Shown here piece by piece: positions 25,801 to 40,800 of a stretch of DNA of 64,000 nt. The notes under the pieces were generated by a model, which saw nothing but the letters and a program-made list of their open reading frames with translations, was not told the origin of the DNA and ran no database searches. This DNA is from Antedon mediterranea (Eukaryota; Animalia; Echinodermata): contig NC_092677.1 in the NCBI RefSeq assembly GCF_964355755.1, positions 15,522,101 to 15,586,100 of the forward strand, read 5' to 3'. Made by a program: the position numbers and the translations under genes. The first letter of the stretch is position 1. Every line of letters starts with the position of its first letter.

Positions 25801-28800
25801 GCTACTACAGTGTCCTAGTAGAAGAAAAAAAAAGTCCTAGAGCACATGATATCACAAGAAGGATTACAAGGCTACAGTGTCCTAGTAGAAGAAAAAAAAA
25901 GTCCTAGAGCACATGATATGAGGCAAGAGCTTGCAAGGCTACAACAGTATACCTAGTAGAAGAAAAAAAAGTCCTAGTGCGCATGATATGAGACGAGGGC
26001 TTACAAGGCTACAACAGTGTCCTAGTAGAAGAAAAAAAGTTCTAGAGCATAATGATATGAGACGAGGGCTTACAAGGCTACAACAGTTTCTTAGTAGAAG
26101 AAGAAAAAAGTCCTAGAGCATATGATATGGGACAAGGGCTTACAAGGCTACAGCAGTGTCCTAGTAGAAGAAAAAAAGTCCTACATCAAATGAAATGAGA
26201 TTATAGGGCTTACAAGACTATGACAGTGTCTTAGCAGGAGATGATATAAATAATAGATTTGTAAATAGCAACATTAATGTTTCATTATTAGAAAAGCTAT
26301 ATTTGCAGATTTTGACAGAACCCATGATTATAATTAAACATGTTTATGTTCATTTTGTTTGACACAGGAAAAATATATTTTTGCATTTGTGGAATAGGTT
26401 ATTGTTATTTTTACCAAGTTAAGTATTATTTACTTTTAATAGTTTATTAGTTTAATTGTATCTGCTGTATCTTTTTTTTTATTTGTCTATATATATTCTT
26501 AACTTGTCAACCATCATTATAAACAATTTATGTAAAAAGTGTATACAAACAAAAAATTACATTGTTTAGTATAGTAGTTTAGTATAAGTATCTTGTCCCT
26601 ATTCCATTAAAACTATTTTAAATTTAAAAGTTAAAATGTTGTACCTGCGTTGAGGAATAACCTCCAATTTCACTTCTTTGTGTAGTCAACCATTTTGAAA
26701 TTGACGCTCCTCCCAAAGTATTGTCACGTGCCAGATAGGTGAGAAGACCGTAGCCTGTCATTTCGACATCAGATGAGGGCGGTTTTCCATACGGTCGAAA
26801 CCATTTATTTCCATTCGACTCATCATCAGCTGTATTTTTATCCTGGCGACGCCAGTATTTCATTCCGCCTTTAAAAATATCAATGGTAAAATGCGAAAAG
26901 ATGAAAGACATCCTCTATTGGCAACAGTGCCATGCCAAGGGAACTGTTTCGTTTTTTTGTGATTTCATTATTGAACGAACAGGTTACAAGAAAATGAAAG
27001 GAGGCAGCGAACGGAGCAGGACGTTTATGAATAGATAATGCAAGAATTTAACTTGTGTGGATGCCAGGCCTTGTAAATTGGATCCTCATTACCAAAAAAC
27101 AAAGGATTTCTCCTGTGGAGTAGTGAATGAGTTTAAAGAAGGTGAGCAAACAGAATTTCTATGTTTTTCCTAAAACAAATGATAATAAATGATACTTGAC
27201 TTGACTTGACTATTATTATTATTATTTATTCTTTATACTGGATAGTCTCTTCAGTCAAAGACTGTTCTCCCAGAGGGTCTAGTGTATAGCCTAGTACTTT
27301 AATGTGTTTGTGACAGTGGATGTGTGTGAACTAGTACACCGGGGTAACCCCCTACTTGTCTCGAGTAGGTGCACATGAACCAGATGTGTACACTGGGCCT
27401 ACGGTTTATGGTCCTTATCCGAGAAGACTCGTTCTACAACCATTGAGCATGTGAGCCTCGAATCCTTGCCGATGTTATTTCTACGTATTACGGTTCTACA
27501 GTCTTAATATATTGGCCATTCACTCACTAGGCTTGACCTAGAAGTGGGACGTCAAGAAGAGTCGGACTGTGTTCTTGGTACTAACATGCAAAAAAAAAGG
27601 AACTGCTGCCGACTGGACCGACCAATAAAGTCAAACATTTTTTGTATTTTCTTTTTAATGGAAAAAAATATATATTTTAGTGTAATTTTTGTTTTCTTTC
27701 CATTGTTATTTTTGTGTATGGAAATTAAGAAATAAAGTGATCAATCAATCAAATCTAAAAGTTTCAATTTGAATATACTTCAAATGTAGGTTATAGCCAA
27801 CTTTTTCTATTGTAAACACAGTACAGTACCTTCAACAATGGCAAGAGCTTCTAATGCAGTGAGGAAAGTGTCACGCTGTGCATGTCCACTCAAAGTTAGG
27901 GCATACGTGGTGATAGCTAAGATATAGGGATCCCTGTTGAAAGTATAGAACTGGCCTACAATATAGGCATTAGCCTTATCCAAAGATCTGGTAAGTCCAT
28001 CTAAAGTTGCCTGAAAAAAAAAGTAAAGTATAAGTGAAAAAGTAAGCAGTCAGAGGAAAAATGGAGAAAAGGTTTCCTACTTTCTAGGATTTTTATCAGA
28101 TAATCTATATTGTTTTGACAACACTTGTAACATGACCACAGTGCTGATTTTGCCATTTTTTCCTTTAACTGTACAGTAATAACAATTGTTGAACAGAAAG
28201 AGCGACCATGTTGAATATATAGGCCCAACCTCTAGTCGTGGATAATGAATATTATATAATATTTATTTATATATAATATATATAATGAATATTCTAACCT
28301 GTTTTAAACCACGCCCATTCTTAGCTTCTTGTATCGCAACCACCACATATGCAGTAATTGTTACAGGCCCTGATACTCCTCCCTGAAAATCAAACAAATT
28401 ATTTTTTTAAGCACAAATAAAAAAATGCTCCAATTTCATTAATTTCATTCAAATTACACAAACCAAAACTAAAGTAAGCAAAATGAGTTAAAATGGTTTT
28501 TACAGTAAATTATTATTAGAAGTGAAAGCAGAATAATACATTTATACATTTTCTCTCTAAGAACATTCATTAGTAAAAGTAATTGGCAAACAAAATTGAA
28601 CGACACATGATGCGTAACAAAACCAATCAAATAGCAAGAATAAAAACAGGAGTGTAATATTACATACGTCTCATATACAACATACTGGGAAACATAACCA
28701 AATTACTATCTTCTAACCTGCATATCTCTGTCGCATATCTTGCCTGGTTCCATGAATGATCCATCAGTATTCTGCTGTTCCAACAACCAAATGATTCCCA

Positions 28801-31800
28801 TCTCAACAACTTTGTTGTCTACAAAAATATAGTCCTGGGCCTGAACGAATGATTTAATAACAAAGGCTGTCAGCCATGTACTTCCAGAAGGATCTCTATT
28901 CCCAAATGCACTGAAAGATCCATCTTTATGCTTGTAGTTAAGTTCTCTCTGGTAGCCTAGAAAAAAAAAGTGTACTGTTGTTAATAAAGGGGAATAATGC
29001 ACAAGATCTGTCTTTGTACTGCTGTTAATTTCAGGTAAATTTATAATTGTGTCTACTTGATCTATGCATCATTAAATCAAAACCATAGTTTTAGAAATAA
29101 AATTTTGATTTACCAATTTTCATGAAATCAAGTGCCTTTTTCTTGATTTCTGGATTGTTCTGATTTGTGTTCGTCAGGTAATCATAAATAAAGACGTCTG
29201 GAGCAAAGAATATCATATTCTGCTCACCACATCCATAGGGCATCCGCAAGAGTTCATCCAATCCACTCATTGTTGGTGCCATTATATCCCCTAAAAGTAC
29301 AATTGAAAAAAAAACAAAAAAAAAAAAAAACACTAGTATATTGGTAAAGGACTGGCCTGATTTATATGCACGCATAGGCAAAATGTTTTAACTGGTGCTT
29401 CAAAAAGGACATTAAGCCATTGGTTCTGTGCATAAATACACATGTACACCTGCAATTAACATAATCTGTTTGGAAGTGCTGCTAGGTTGGTTTAAACATT
29501 GAAAATAAAACTGTTTAAGACCTAAAAAAATAGGTAATTAAAGCAACTTTCTTTTTTATAGGGAACTTAACAATAATTTAGAAGAAATGACACACCTGTT
29601 GTGGCCAACTTCACATAAACAGATCCATCAACCAAACCATTCGGAGGAAGATCAATCAGAAATGAATTTGTAAAACTGTTGTCGGTTTCAGTTAAATCAA
29701 TCAAGTCTGCATTTGTGTAAAATTCAGTGACACCCTCAGGCTGGATGTAAGAAATACATATTATCAACAAACATGTAAAACATATGGTGTGGTGCAGTAA
29801 GGGATATCATACTAGCATTTGAGAGGCACAGGATCAAGACCTGCCATATTTCTTAAATCCGTAAGCTCTGTCTAAACTATCAAACTTATGTGATGTGCAT
29901 GATGTACATGATGACAGCATATCACTACTATATTTTGGCACATTTTTGTTGTCAATAGTTTAATAGTGTTGACAGAGCCTAAGGCAAGATGTTTCCTATA
30001 GTTCTTCAGATGAGACGCAAGGTTGTTGTTGTTCTGTGTACATGTATTGCACGTTGGTTGGTACACTTTGGCAATCACCTCCTGGCGTATTGATCATGGT
30101 TTTATATTTGGCCATCTGGGAGAAAAGGCTTACAGTTAAGTAATGACAAATTTTACTGCACAAACATTATACCTCCTTTATCCTTATATGCATAGTAAAA
30201 TAAGTCATAGTATTACAACTTCAAAATTAAGTTTGTTATTTCATTTGTTTTCTTTGCTGAAGGTAATGCATTTTTTTCAAAATGATGCATTTTCAGCAAA
30301 TTCAAACATTTGTTGAATATAATGATGATCATTGCAACTGACATTTCTTATTTGTGCATTTCGTTTTTCCTTTTTATCGGCTGCTGGTGAAGAATTTGAT
30401 TTAATTTCTTAAACTATAATAAATAAACAAACAAAAATTACCTCTACCAGGAGCTGTCTTATAACGCTATCCCTGCCATTTGTGGATTGTGCCGTCACCT
30501 GAATATCCATTAATTTCAAGTTCTTTGGGATGATGGCATATGACACCGACACACCCTCACCAGCTGGAATATTGGCTTTCACAACCTGCAAAAAGAAAAA
30601 ATACAACAAAATATAAATCATAGTTTCCAGAATGTTTTAAAAATTACATTTGTAAATTGATCTTATTTTGGTTCTCGAAATCTGTATCTTTCACAATAAA
30701 CATAAAATACTTAAAATGTCTGACAACAACTTTAATACTGAACCCATCTATATGGCAAAAGCCTAATTTAATCATAAAGTTAATGGAAGTGTTTAAAGTC
30801 AGAAAGTGAAGGTCTACCATACATTATTAGCATTAGCTAGATAAGTTAGATAATCACAGGAGCTTCCAAAATCTTCTATCTTCCATTCATTATTTAGACT
30901 CTACTGTACTGCTAGACAATAGATTTCTGATTTGCCTAAAATCATTTTCACTTCTCTTTGTCCAATTTCTCTTTTTTTGAATATGTTTTTTTAAATTCTC
31001 ACAATGTTACTCTTTTCAAGTTAAGCCCTCTGTTATTTACATAAACAAATGTGAATAATAAGACTGACCTGGTCCTTACTGACATAGACTTCTGTCACTT
31101 TATCATCAATGCTGTTACCACCTGTGTGAAACTCAATGTTGTCAAAGTCTTCAGACTTGTGAAGTTTTATCTCAGCCTTAAATAAATGACAAAATGATTT
31201 AAAATTATATACTTACCACAAGCAATGCTGTGCTTATGTTTGAAGATTAAAAACATTCATATACATGTACATGGGTAGTAGTCGACTTTTCGGATTTTTT
31301 AGCCACATCAACTCAACTCGAAAAGCTCCTATTGCAGATATGAATTACTTACAGTAATGTCCATAGTTTGATAATTAAATACCAGGATCTCTAATGCCAA
31401 GTTTTCACCACGGATCACAGAATATGGAAGATTTATGGACACGAAAAAAGGTTTGAATACTGTGACCTAGAAGCAAAAACATACAGATTCAATTCTAAAG
31501 CGACAATCATGTTTATCGACCAATTAATAAACCATTGGCTAAATCTACAGTATAAACATAAGCGACGATGCTCTTTAAACAGGATAACTAAAAACAGTGT
31601 ACCATAAGCCATATATATATATATATCCCAGAGTATAGTTATAGTCCCAGTATTGACTTATGGTCTGGATAAGGCTTCTCTCTAGTCAGTTCGGTTCTGA
31701 GATGAGTTTATTTGCTTACCAATCATTTTTTCCTGAACCAGGGTTTTCCCGGGTATAGTCCCACCCTCAAAGTCAGCCCAATTTTGTGTTCCAGGTGGGT

Positions 31801-34800
31801 TGGAAGAATAAGAAATATATGGTAGTAGTAACATATTCATATCTAAACATACGAACCATTGATGTGGTTGGAACAATTCCAAGACCATCAAAGCTTGACA
31901 AAGCAAATGCACTGCCAACCCACGAAGTGATTGTATCTGGAACAGTAGTCTCAATCGAAAGCATACCATCAACACTATTGTTAGAAGAGATGGAGTCATA
32001 TATTGGGTAACAAAAATAAAACAAAATAAATTTGATCTCCAGATTTATGCAATCAAAATAGCTTTGTAACATATTTAGAACTACTGTACCTTTCTATGCA
32101 AATTGTGTGATTAATAAACTTGTTTTCAATTTAGACAACTATAATAATTGAACAATTAAAAGTATAGCACTATAATAATATGTAATGATTTTGTTTGTTT
32201 TATCTTTATACTGGGTGACCTCTTCAGTCAAAGACTGATCTCCCAGAGGGTCCAGTTGGTGATCAGTGGCTGTGATGTACTAATACACCGGGGTAACCCC
32301 CTACTCGTCTCGAAAGATGTACTAGGTTCTTTAAAGTGCATACGAGCAAGTTGTGTACACTGGACCTACGGTTTATAGTCCTTATCCGAGAAGACTCGTT
32401 CTACCACCAGAACCATGGAGTGAGTGAGCCTCGAACCCCTGCCGATGTTATGGCTACGTGATTACGGTTCCACTGTCTTAACCGCTCGGCCACTCACTCA
32501 CTAATGATATATGGTTTAACAATAAAAAATATCATTATACAAGTATGATAATAAGTTTGTATTAAAATAAATGCATACAGGTTAGTACTACACAATTTCC
32601 ATTTGAAAAAAAATAAAAATATTCATTTTTTGGCACCAAACTTCATTAAAAATGGTTTATTTACTGCTACTGAAAGCTATACAGATAATTTAGTTTATGT
32701 ACATAATGTAAAGATGAGTAAAAAAAAGAAAATCAATAGAAGGCATACCCAACAGTAGCTTCCATCCACAGCCATGTCTCTGGAAATTCAGTGCGTACAG
32801 CAGAATCGGCATCATTGGTATTTGGAAGCTTCTCTTGAACTGCTTCATCAGCTAAGCCTGGGTCGAACGCAACAGCATCATCTTCAAAGCCTGGGAACCC
32901 CATGTACCCTACGTCAACCGATCCACTTCCAGCAACACCAATGCCAGGAAAACCCATGCCAGGTCTACCCATGCCAGGTCTACCCATGCCAGGAAGACCA
33001 ATGCCAGGAACTGCAGCAGCATAAACATAAATTCATATTTCACACAATTATTGAATTAGGGCCTTTTCAGAGCAACAGGTTATGCTTGCTTATTGCACGC
33101 ATTGTATGACCACATACAGTAGGTCAAACCAGGGATAGATTCTTGGGATTTATTTTCAAATATTAAAAAAAAATTGAGAAATTTGCTTTTTAGAAGGAGT
33201 GGGATTGTGAACCACACTACATACACTTATAACATTCATTTTAAACAAATTTATGTATAACTTCAAAGACATATTGGTACTTTTTAAGCACTAAATTAAA
33301 TCACAGCATTTTCATAACTTACAAAAAGAAGAATATCTTGGTATTACAGCATCAGTCAAAACAATCACTCCAGAATTCTAAAAAGAAAGTTTGATAACTA
33401 TATACTGTATATTATATATTTAGATTTAAAGATCTTTTTACATGACCAATTAGGCTGAATAGAAAATAAGCTGGGTTGAAGAAAGTTAGGCTGGGTGGAA
33501 GTACCTTAGGCTCTATCAATTTGACAGCCTTCTTATCACCATGTTGGCATAATTACTTACATCAAATATTTCTGCAGCATATCTTCCTTCTGTTGGGATT
33601 GCACAGAATCGTGGCAGCCTAAATCCTCTTCTAAATGGATGGATATCACCATTTATACCCTTATTTGAACTGTCAAATGTTTCCAACTCTTCGATCACCT
33701 GATGTAAAAAAAATGTTTGGATATGATATGCTGTGTAAAGCTCTGTCTACACTTTCAAACATTATGTGACAAAAAAATGTGATGTGAACATATAATAAAA
33801 TGGACATGATGATGTCATTCTACCATATTTGGATACATCAAACTTTTTATTATCAAACTAGTTTAATAGTGTAGATAGATGCACATTCTACTGCAGTGAT
33901 TTTACTCCAATAATTCATGATCCTTGTTTGTTTAAATGAAGTTATGAGGCAGTCACTGCAAAACAAATACCAAATGCAATATGAATATTGTAAACAAATT
34001 TAGTTACTGAAGTATTACTGTAGTAGAATACTGTTGGCATGCATTTCCATTACATAGATTTTCTATTACATTTTACTCTAAAAATAAATCAAAATTAATG
34101 CTAATTGATCACTAATATAAAGATAGTTATTATAGAAGTAGTGCATTTTCACCTCATTGGAACATAATGAATAAAAAAATTATTCAACTGTTGTTGTTAG
34201 CCTGACAGGGCGATAAACTGAAAATGGACCAGAACTTCCAAAGCATACCTTGAGTTCTTTAAGTGCACACAAGCTAGATGTGTACCTCTGGAACTAATGG
34301 TCGAGAATTCTTAAACCTGATTGTTGTTTGCAGTGTCCCCGTTTTGATCACTCGGCCACTCAACGCTTACAAAGAGAATAATTAATATGCTGTCCTTACC
34401 TTCTGTTGAGTGATGTCATTTCCAGACTTCAAAAGTAGAACACTCTGATCAACAGCCAATAGATAGACTAGAGAGCCCTCGGTTGCTGTGATGTCAACAT
34501 TAATGTTATCACTAGGTTCAACAACATCACTACTGAATGACAGACTGACCTATAAATGGTCAATAAACATTGATTTTATTATTTTGACTGTTTTCTGCAT
34601 GAAGTACCTTCAGGAAGTAAATGGAAAAAAATCCTGCTCCAAACCAGTCATTCTTTGATAGAAGTACTGACAAAGAAATTGGATTGACCATAGGTATGGA
34701 CAAGAGAGAATTTTCAATTAATTATAGTAATTTCCAATTTTTCAAAAGATAAAGACAAATAAGTGACAATCATTTTCAGGCAGTATATCATAAATTGTTA

Positions 34801-37800
34801 TTTAATATTGATTAATTTTACCAATGTAATAACAAAAGAATGGAATTAAATTAAAAAAAACTTTATACTTGATTTTTAAATGCACCATCTACATTAAAGT
34901 TTGACACATCAACAACAGTTTCATAGTTGGAACGAACGTAGTACGCAATCAACTTTGCTGATGGCGCCATGTCAGCTGTGATAGTAACATTCAATGTATT
35001 TTGAGTAGAAGTTAATCCAGTCAGTGTTCCAGTTAGAACAATATTGCCTTTGGATAAAATCTAGGCAAAAGGAAAGTAAAATTCAGAAACTACTGACTGA
35101 CACATCGAATTAATTAATTTGAAATGTAATTATTAATTAAATTACATTTACATGCATCTTATATTTACAGAATTAAAAAAATGATATTACATTTATATTT
35201 TCATTATATTTACATAAAGTATTCATTTGTTTTATTATTTATATTATTTTATATATTTAAAATAGTATGCATCTATGGTTTTAGAATAAGAGTTTTAAAT
35301 AGTGAAAATGATCTTGTTAGCTGCACTATAAACTATATTTTACGGTCTTCAAATCTATTCTCTAAAGTACTATTTTAGTGTTATTATCAATCATATACAT
35401 TTATTTACAATTATATTATTTATTTACTCTTTCCCATTCCCATTACATTTATATTATATACCTTTATATTAAATTCCCATCTATATTATAATTATGTTAT
35501 TTATTATTATCTATATTTCCATTAAATTTATATTATACATATCATACAAATTTATATTATATATACATTATTCAAATACGCATATTAATATTTAAACCAA
35601 GGATTAATGTTAACCATTGATGATGTCATACCATGTAAGCAATGTTAGACGGCACTTCCGTTGACGTGATCGTAAATGTGGCATCTTCTCCTGCGTTCAA
35701 TCCAGAATTGGCTAAGTTGATCTGAATGAACGAATTGCTCGGTGATTGAACTGCAAAAACATTAAAATAATCAACATACCCACGCTCTTCCTCCACCGTG
35801 TAGTACCGTGCCTAATGGAGGGAATAATAATTATTATTTAGTTACTCAATGGGTTAAAGTTCATCATCACCACTTCTGGTAATCATCAAATACATTCCAA
35901 GTCTAGTTTGAAAATTGTTCAATCAAACATAAATGCAAATGTTAAAATATAACCCATCATTGGGACAGCCTAGACACTTTCCTATGAAATGAATGAGGGG
36001 CAATGTATGTTTATTATTGCAGTCTTACCCATATTCAGGAATACCACTATTAAGAGAGTGGAGTTCCCTACAGTACCTGTATAGAAAATGAATGGATGAT
36101 TGCATCAATTTGTGCAGTCACAACCCCTGTAGATGGAATTTCATAGTACACTTCAGAATTCCTTGAATCAACATTGAAGGGATTACGGTCTTTGTAAGAG
36201 ACAAGCAACGGCACACTCCTCTCTGCCTCAGATAGAGGTGTTCCATCCTGTCTTGTAACCGCAATCTATAAGAAAAAAACCTCAGAGTTGTGATGCATTC
36301 TGCAACTACACAAATTTAAAAAAGAAATGTATATTCTTATGTTTTTTTTTTGTCTACAGAAACCCGAAATAAATAAAAATAATTACATAAGCCGTGTACA
36401 TCAAAGTAGGCTTGAATGTCCTTGAATTTCCGTCCAAGATGTCCACTTTGACAGGCCTGTTAAAGTACCCCGTTGAAGCTGTTGAGCTCTGCTCTTTTCC
36501 GGTTAGAATTTCTGTTACAATGGCAATGACATTGAAGTTTACTCCATCAGAAAGTCTCTCAAAATCATCTAGAGGAACAGAGAATGATTTACTTCCATCG
36601 ATCTAGAAAAAGTATATGAAAATCTGTTAATCACCATTTTTAAATAGGATTTTTTGTAACGATTGAATATAAACAAGGAACCAGTCCTTACAACTAGGGA
36701 CTGCTAAATTTTGTATGTACGATACTACTAGAAATAAAACTGGTGCTTAATTAAAATGAAATTACGGGAAACTAAAATTCAAAATTTATCTGTACATAAG
36801 ATATGTATTCTTTTAAAATTACAAACGACTTTAGAATTTTCTTTTATTGAAACAGGTACATCACGTAATTTGTGGTTTTTAAAGTCTTAATATTATCAAC
36901 CATGATGCACCATAAAGCCTACCATAGAAACAAATGATATATTGCTGCTGGCAAACAATACTTCACTTCTCATAATAAACTTTATTTCAGCAATATAAAA
37001 ACACATTAAGAAAACAACAGTACAATTGAAAGGCAACATCATTCAGAATCAGGAATAGAAACCAATAAGTTGAAATCATAATTGTACAGAAATCTAGTAT
37101 GGCACATACACCTACCCTCTCCCAAAACACCATTGAATAGTAAGTAGTTGAGTACTATGACAAAAAGTACGTTTTGATTTAGCTTTTCGCTTTTTTTTTG
37201 TATCTCCATTGAGATCCAGCCACAGCATTGTCATTTTTTTTCAGTAATTTGCCTATGGATTTATATATATTTGATTTGATATGTTTGTGAATTTACTCAT
37301 TTTATAATTTTGTAAAAATTCTCAATTTGGTATTTGTAATTGCTTTTATTTGTTTTTTTATAATAAATTGAAATAATATCAATCAGTATTGTGATAGCTG
37401 TGCAACACTTCTATGACTCGATCTAGAAACTTTGTAATCAAGATCGTTTCTCTTGCTTTAATAAAGCTGACTTCAAATATTGTGTATGGCATGATTTTTT
37501 TTCTTGTCAATTTTAGTATCAATTTGTATAATTTATTGAATTCTATATAAATTTGAATGCAATTTTGCTTGATTTTGTATTGATATTTGTTATTTTTCAA
37601 CTTTTTATATTTCAAATGATGTAAATAGACACAAGTTTTGTACTACTATGCCTTTTTTTAATACTTTAAACGAGAATAAAATAATAATACCATGATGTTA
37701 TGGTTGATACCATTGTCTGAAGATTTTTCATACTTACAGCCATGTTCAATTCTATTTCATGATTTCCAGATGTGATCCTTACAAGTACCATTCCTTTAAC

Positions 37801-40800
37801 AGGTTTTTCATAAGTATAACTAAAAGAAACAATTGAAAGATGTCAAAATATAAAAACTATATAGAAGAAAACTTTTGTTCGAATAAATAAAAGTTCTGGA
37901 AAGATTTAGAATGTTATCTATGTCATAATATCTCATTACTTTTTTTTTTTTCGTTGTTTTTTTATTTATTTTAATAAATAGCAATGATATTGGTCATTTT
38001 AGAAAAGAATCCTCTTGTCCTGTTAAGTAATTGATAAAAATACAGTGTTGTGTTAATTTTGGAGTAAAAGAATTCTTATCCATTCAGGTATTTGCCTATT
38101 GCTTGTTCCTGGCAAGATTGTAATTTAAATTTGTAGAATTATGTAGAAAAATAAAAGAAAATTATACGAAACAACAATTATGGCTCTTTACCATCACTAG
38201 GCTGCTGCTAGTATCCAGTTTGAAAAGGTGACTTTAGCATTATATTACGGTTGTTTAATGAGATTTAAAAATGTTCTCCATTTTGAACTTACGTGGCATC
38301 AACCCTTCCTTCCAATGATGTTTCCCCTCTTGTAATAAAAGATGGTAATGTGACTGACACTTCAAACTTTGGCAGGACATACTCGCCAATGGTGAACACT
38401 TGGTATGCAGATACATCCTATAGAAATGTATAGTAATAATAATCTGATTGTTGGACTTGATGCAAGGCATAAACAAAAGTGCTAGGTAAAAAAGCAGCGC
38501 AAAATTGATTAATAAATAACACATTTCATTTTTACACTACAGACTGAGTCATTAAGGCGACATAAAAATCACTCTTCATTCATCAAGTGCTGAGCATGGA
38601 GGAAATTACATTCAGATTCGTTATGCGACAGCACATATGACAATTACGGTCAAAATAAATACAAAACAATAATGTGAGTTGCCAAATAAAACCGTAAATA
38701 AGGTCAAAACCAGAAGAAACATTTGTTCTTCTCCTGTTTAGACCTTAAAATTTGATAAAAATACAGATACACAATCGATAACTATATGTCATATAAAAAT
38801 GGAACACATACATATATATGGATAGTGAATATTACTGTTTAAGAGAATAAAACAATCCGATTAAAACAATAAATCATTGTTTTTAAGAGGAAGTAATTTG
38901 CGAAAAGAAGTAAGGCAATGACATTATAAGTATCATTTAAGATGTTCCATAATTGGGGACCTGAGATGGAAATAAAATAAGCAACCTTAAGATTGTATTT
39001 TACCAAGAAACAGGATGCAAATACACAATAATACCTTATATAATTTTAAATTTAACATCATTTTCGTTTATTAAATATTTTTTGATATCAAAACGGATTG
39101 TGCTACTTACACCAGATGTTGCATTGATACTCCAATCACCAAGTACTGGCTGAGTTGACATTGGTAATTCTTCCACTACTACGCCTGTTGAGGGCGCTTG
39201 ATAATCGGTCCACTGCTGGATCAGGTTATCTAATGGATCCTACATAACCAAAATAATGTGGCATTTTCGATTGGGACAAAACAGTAATGTTATACATTTT
39301 CTGTTGAGCATTTAGTTAACAGTATTTTGAGAGTTGACAAAGCCTGCATGACATTAATTAACTTAACAACTAATTTAATATTTGAATGATTTTCTGTTTT
39401 TTTTCAATTTACTATTCAAATAAAAAAGTGCACAAAGGTTTCCGAACAGAATAAGTGATAGTATACAAAGAAAAAAATAAACAAATTTAGCTGTTTTTTT
39501 TTTTGTTTTTTTTGTAGATGGGGAGGGGGGGAAGATGTTGTGCAAGAAAGTATTATAAACCACAAATATCCATAATCATAGTACCTTGATTTCAATGCTA
39601 TAGTTCACCATCCGTTGAGAAAGGTCAGGGTTCACAGAAAAAATTCTGTAATTGACTAAAAAAAAAAAAATTGAAAAGGGTAATGGTTTGAATAGTAAAA
39701 ATATTTCAAAGCACTAAAAGACAGTACATATTGCAAGCCCCATAATATGAAAAAATGTATTTAGATTTAGCTACAGGATATTGCTAAATCATACTGTATG
39801 ATCAAAGTGACTTAACTAATAATCCATATCAATAAAAATTAATACAATATCACAAAGTTTCTTTGTTATACTGTAAGAATGTCAGCTCCTATATCTAGCA
39901 TATAAACTGTCAAGTTGATATCATTTTGCATAGTAAATTAAAAAGTTTATTATTGATACTTTATTATACTAACATCGTCAATACCTGTAGGGTATAAGGT
40001 AGGTAGGTAGGTTTTTTTTTTAATTAAAAATGAAAAAGAACAAGCACAAATGTGCGATACTCGGGGTACAGCAAAAGAAGCTGTAATGATGTCATAAGAT
40101 GGGATGTAACGTCACATACACATCAATAACCTCGCTACCCAATACGGCTATATTCTGAAAAGTTACGTCAAATAACCGGAAATGGCATAATTATGGTAAA
40201 TTATGAAATCTCCAAGTGATTTTTTGCTATTTCTGGGAGCAGAAGTGACGTCAGAATATCATAAATAGGTTTTACTGTATATATTCTTATTCTCCAAGTC
40301 AAGACCTTTGAAATGACACCAAACATGGCTATATTACGACGAAAATCGTTTGGCACCAAGATACCATCTTCGAGACGTCATATGGCTGCATCCGGTTTAT
40401 AGCTTTGAGGACATGTCCCTGTAGTATACCCATGCCAAATCCCAGCTCAATACTACAACGAATAAGGGAGGAGTAAGTCCTTTATAAATCGCACTTTTTT
40501 CGATTGGTACCATGTTTATGATGTCATAATTCTGAATCGGGTTGAAGTACGAAAATGTTCTCTCTAATGCTCTGTTCACATATTACTCTAGTATATGCAT
40601 GCCATGTTTCAGAGCCATCAGACGACGCGTAAAGAACTAGTAGGACTTGAAAGTTGGCTCAAAAGTGTCCAGATGGAAGAAGAAGAGGATGAATTTACAC
40701 TTTATTAACACTATCAATACTCTATACACTCTCACCTCTCTTTTATACATTTTTAAACTGCTTTTAATCTTTGTCTTGTCCTGTTTTATTTTTAAAGAGT

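Noticed and set aside
25570-26240. CRISPR-like regularly spaced repeats, and ORF 25931-26116
   Set aside because: Whole units are repeated with no unique spacers, there are no cas genes, and the context is a eukaryotic intron; the ORF is only a translation of the repeat.
29785-29855. tRNA-like sequences here and at about 48630-48685 and 51853-51910
   Set aside because: Only decayed A/B-box traces with no cloverleaf; likely SINE relics, not tRNA genes.
35160-35600. AT-rich tract and ORF 35181-35378
   Set aside because: Low-complexity intronic sequence.
40035-40690. GC-richer intronic block that looks like a non-autonomous transposon
   Set aside because: No second copy or clear termini in the window, so it cannot be classified.
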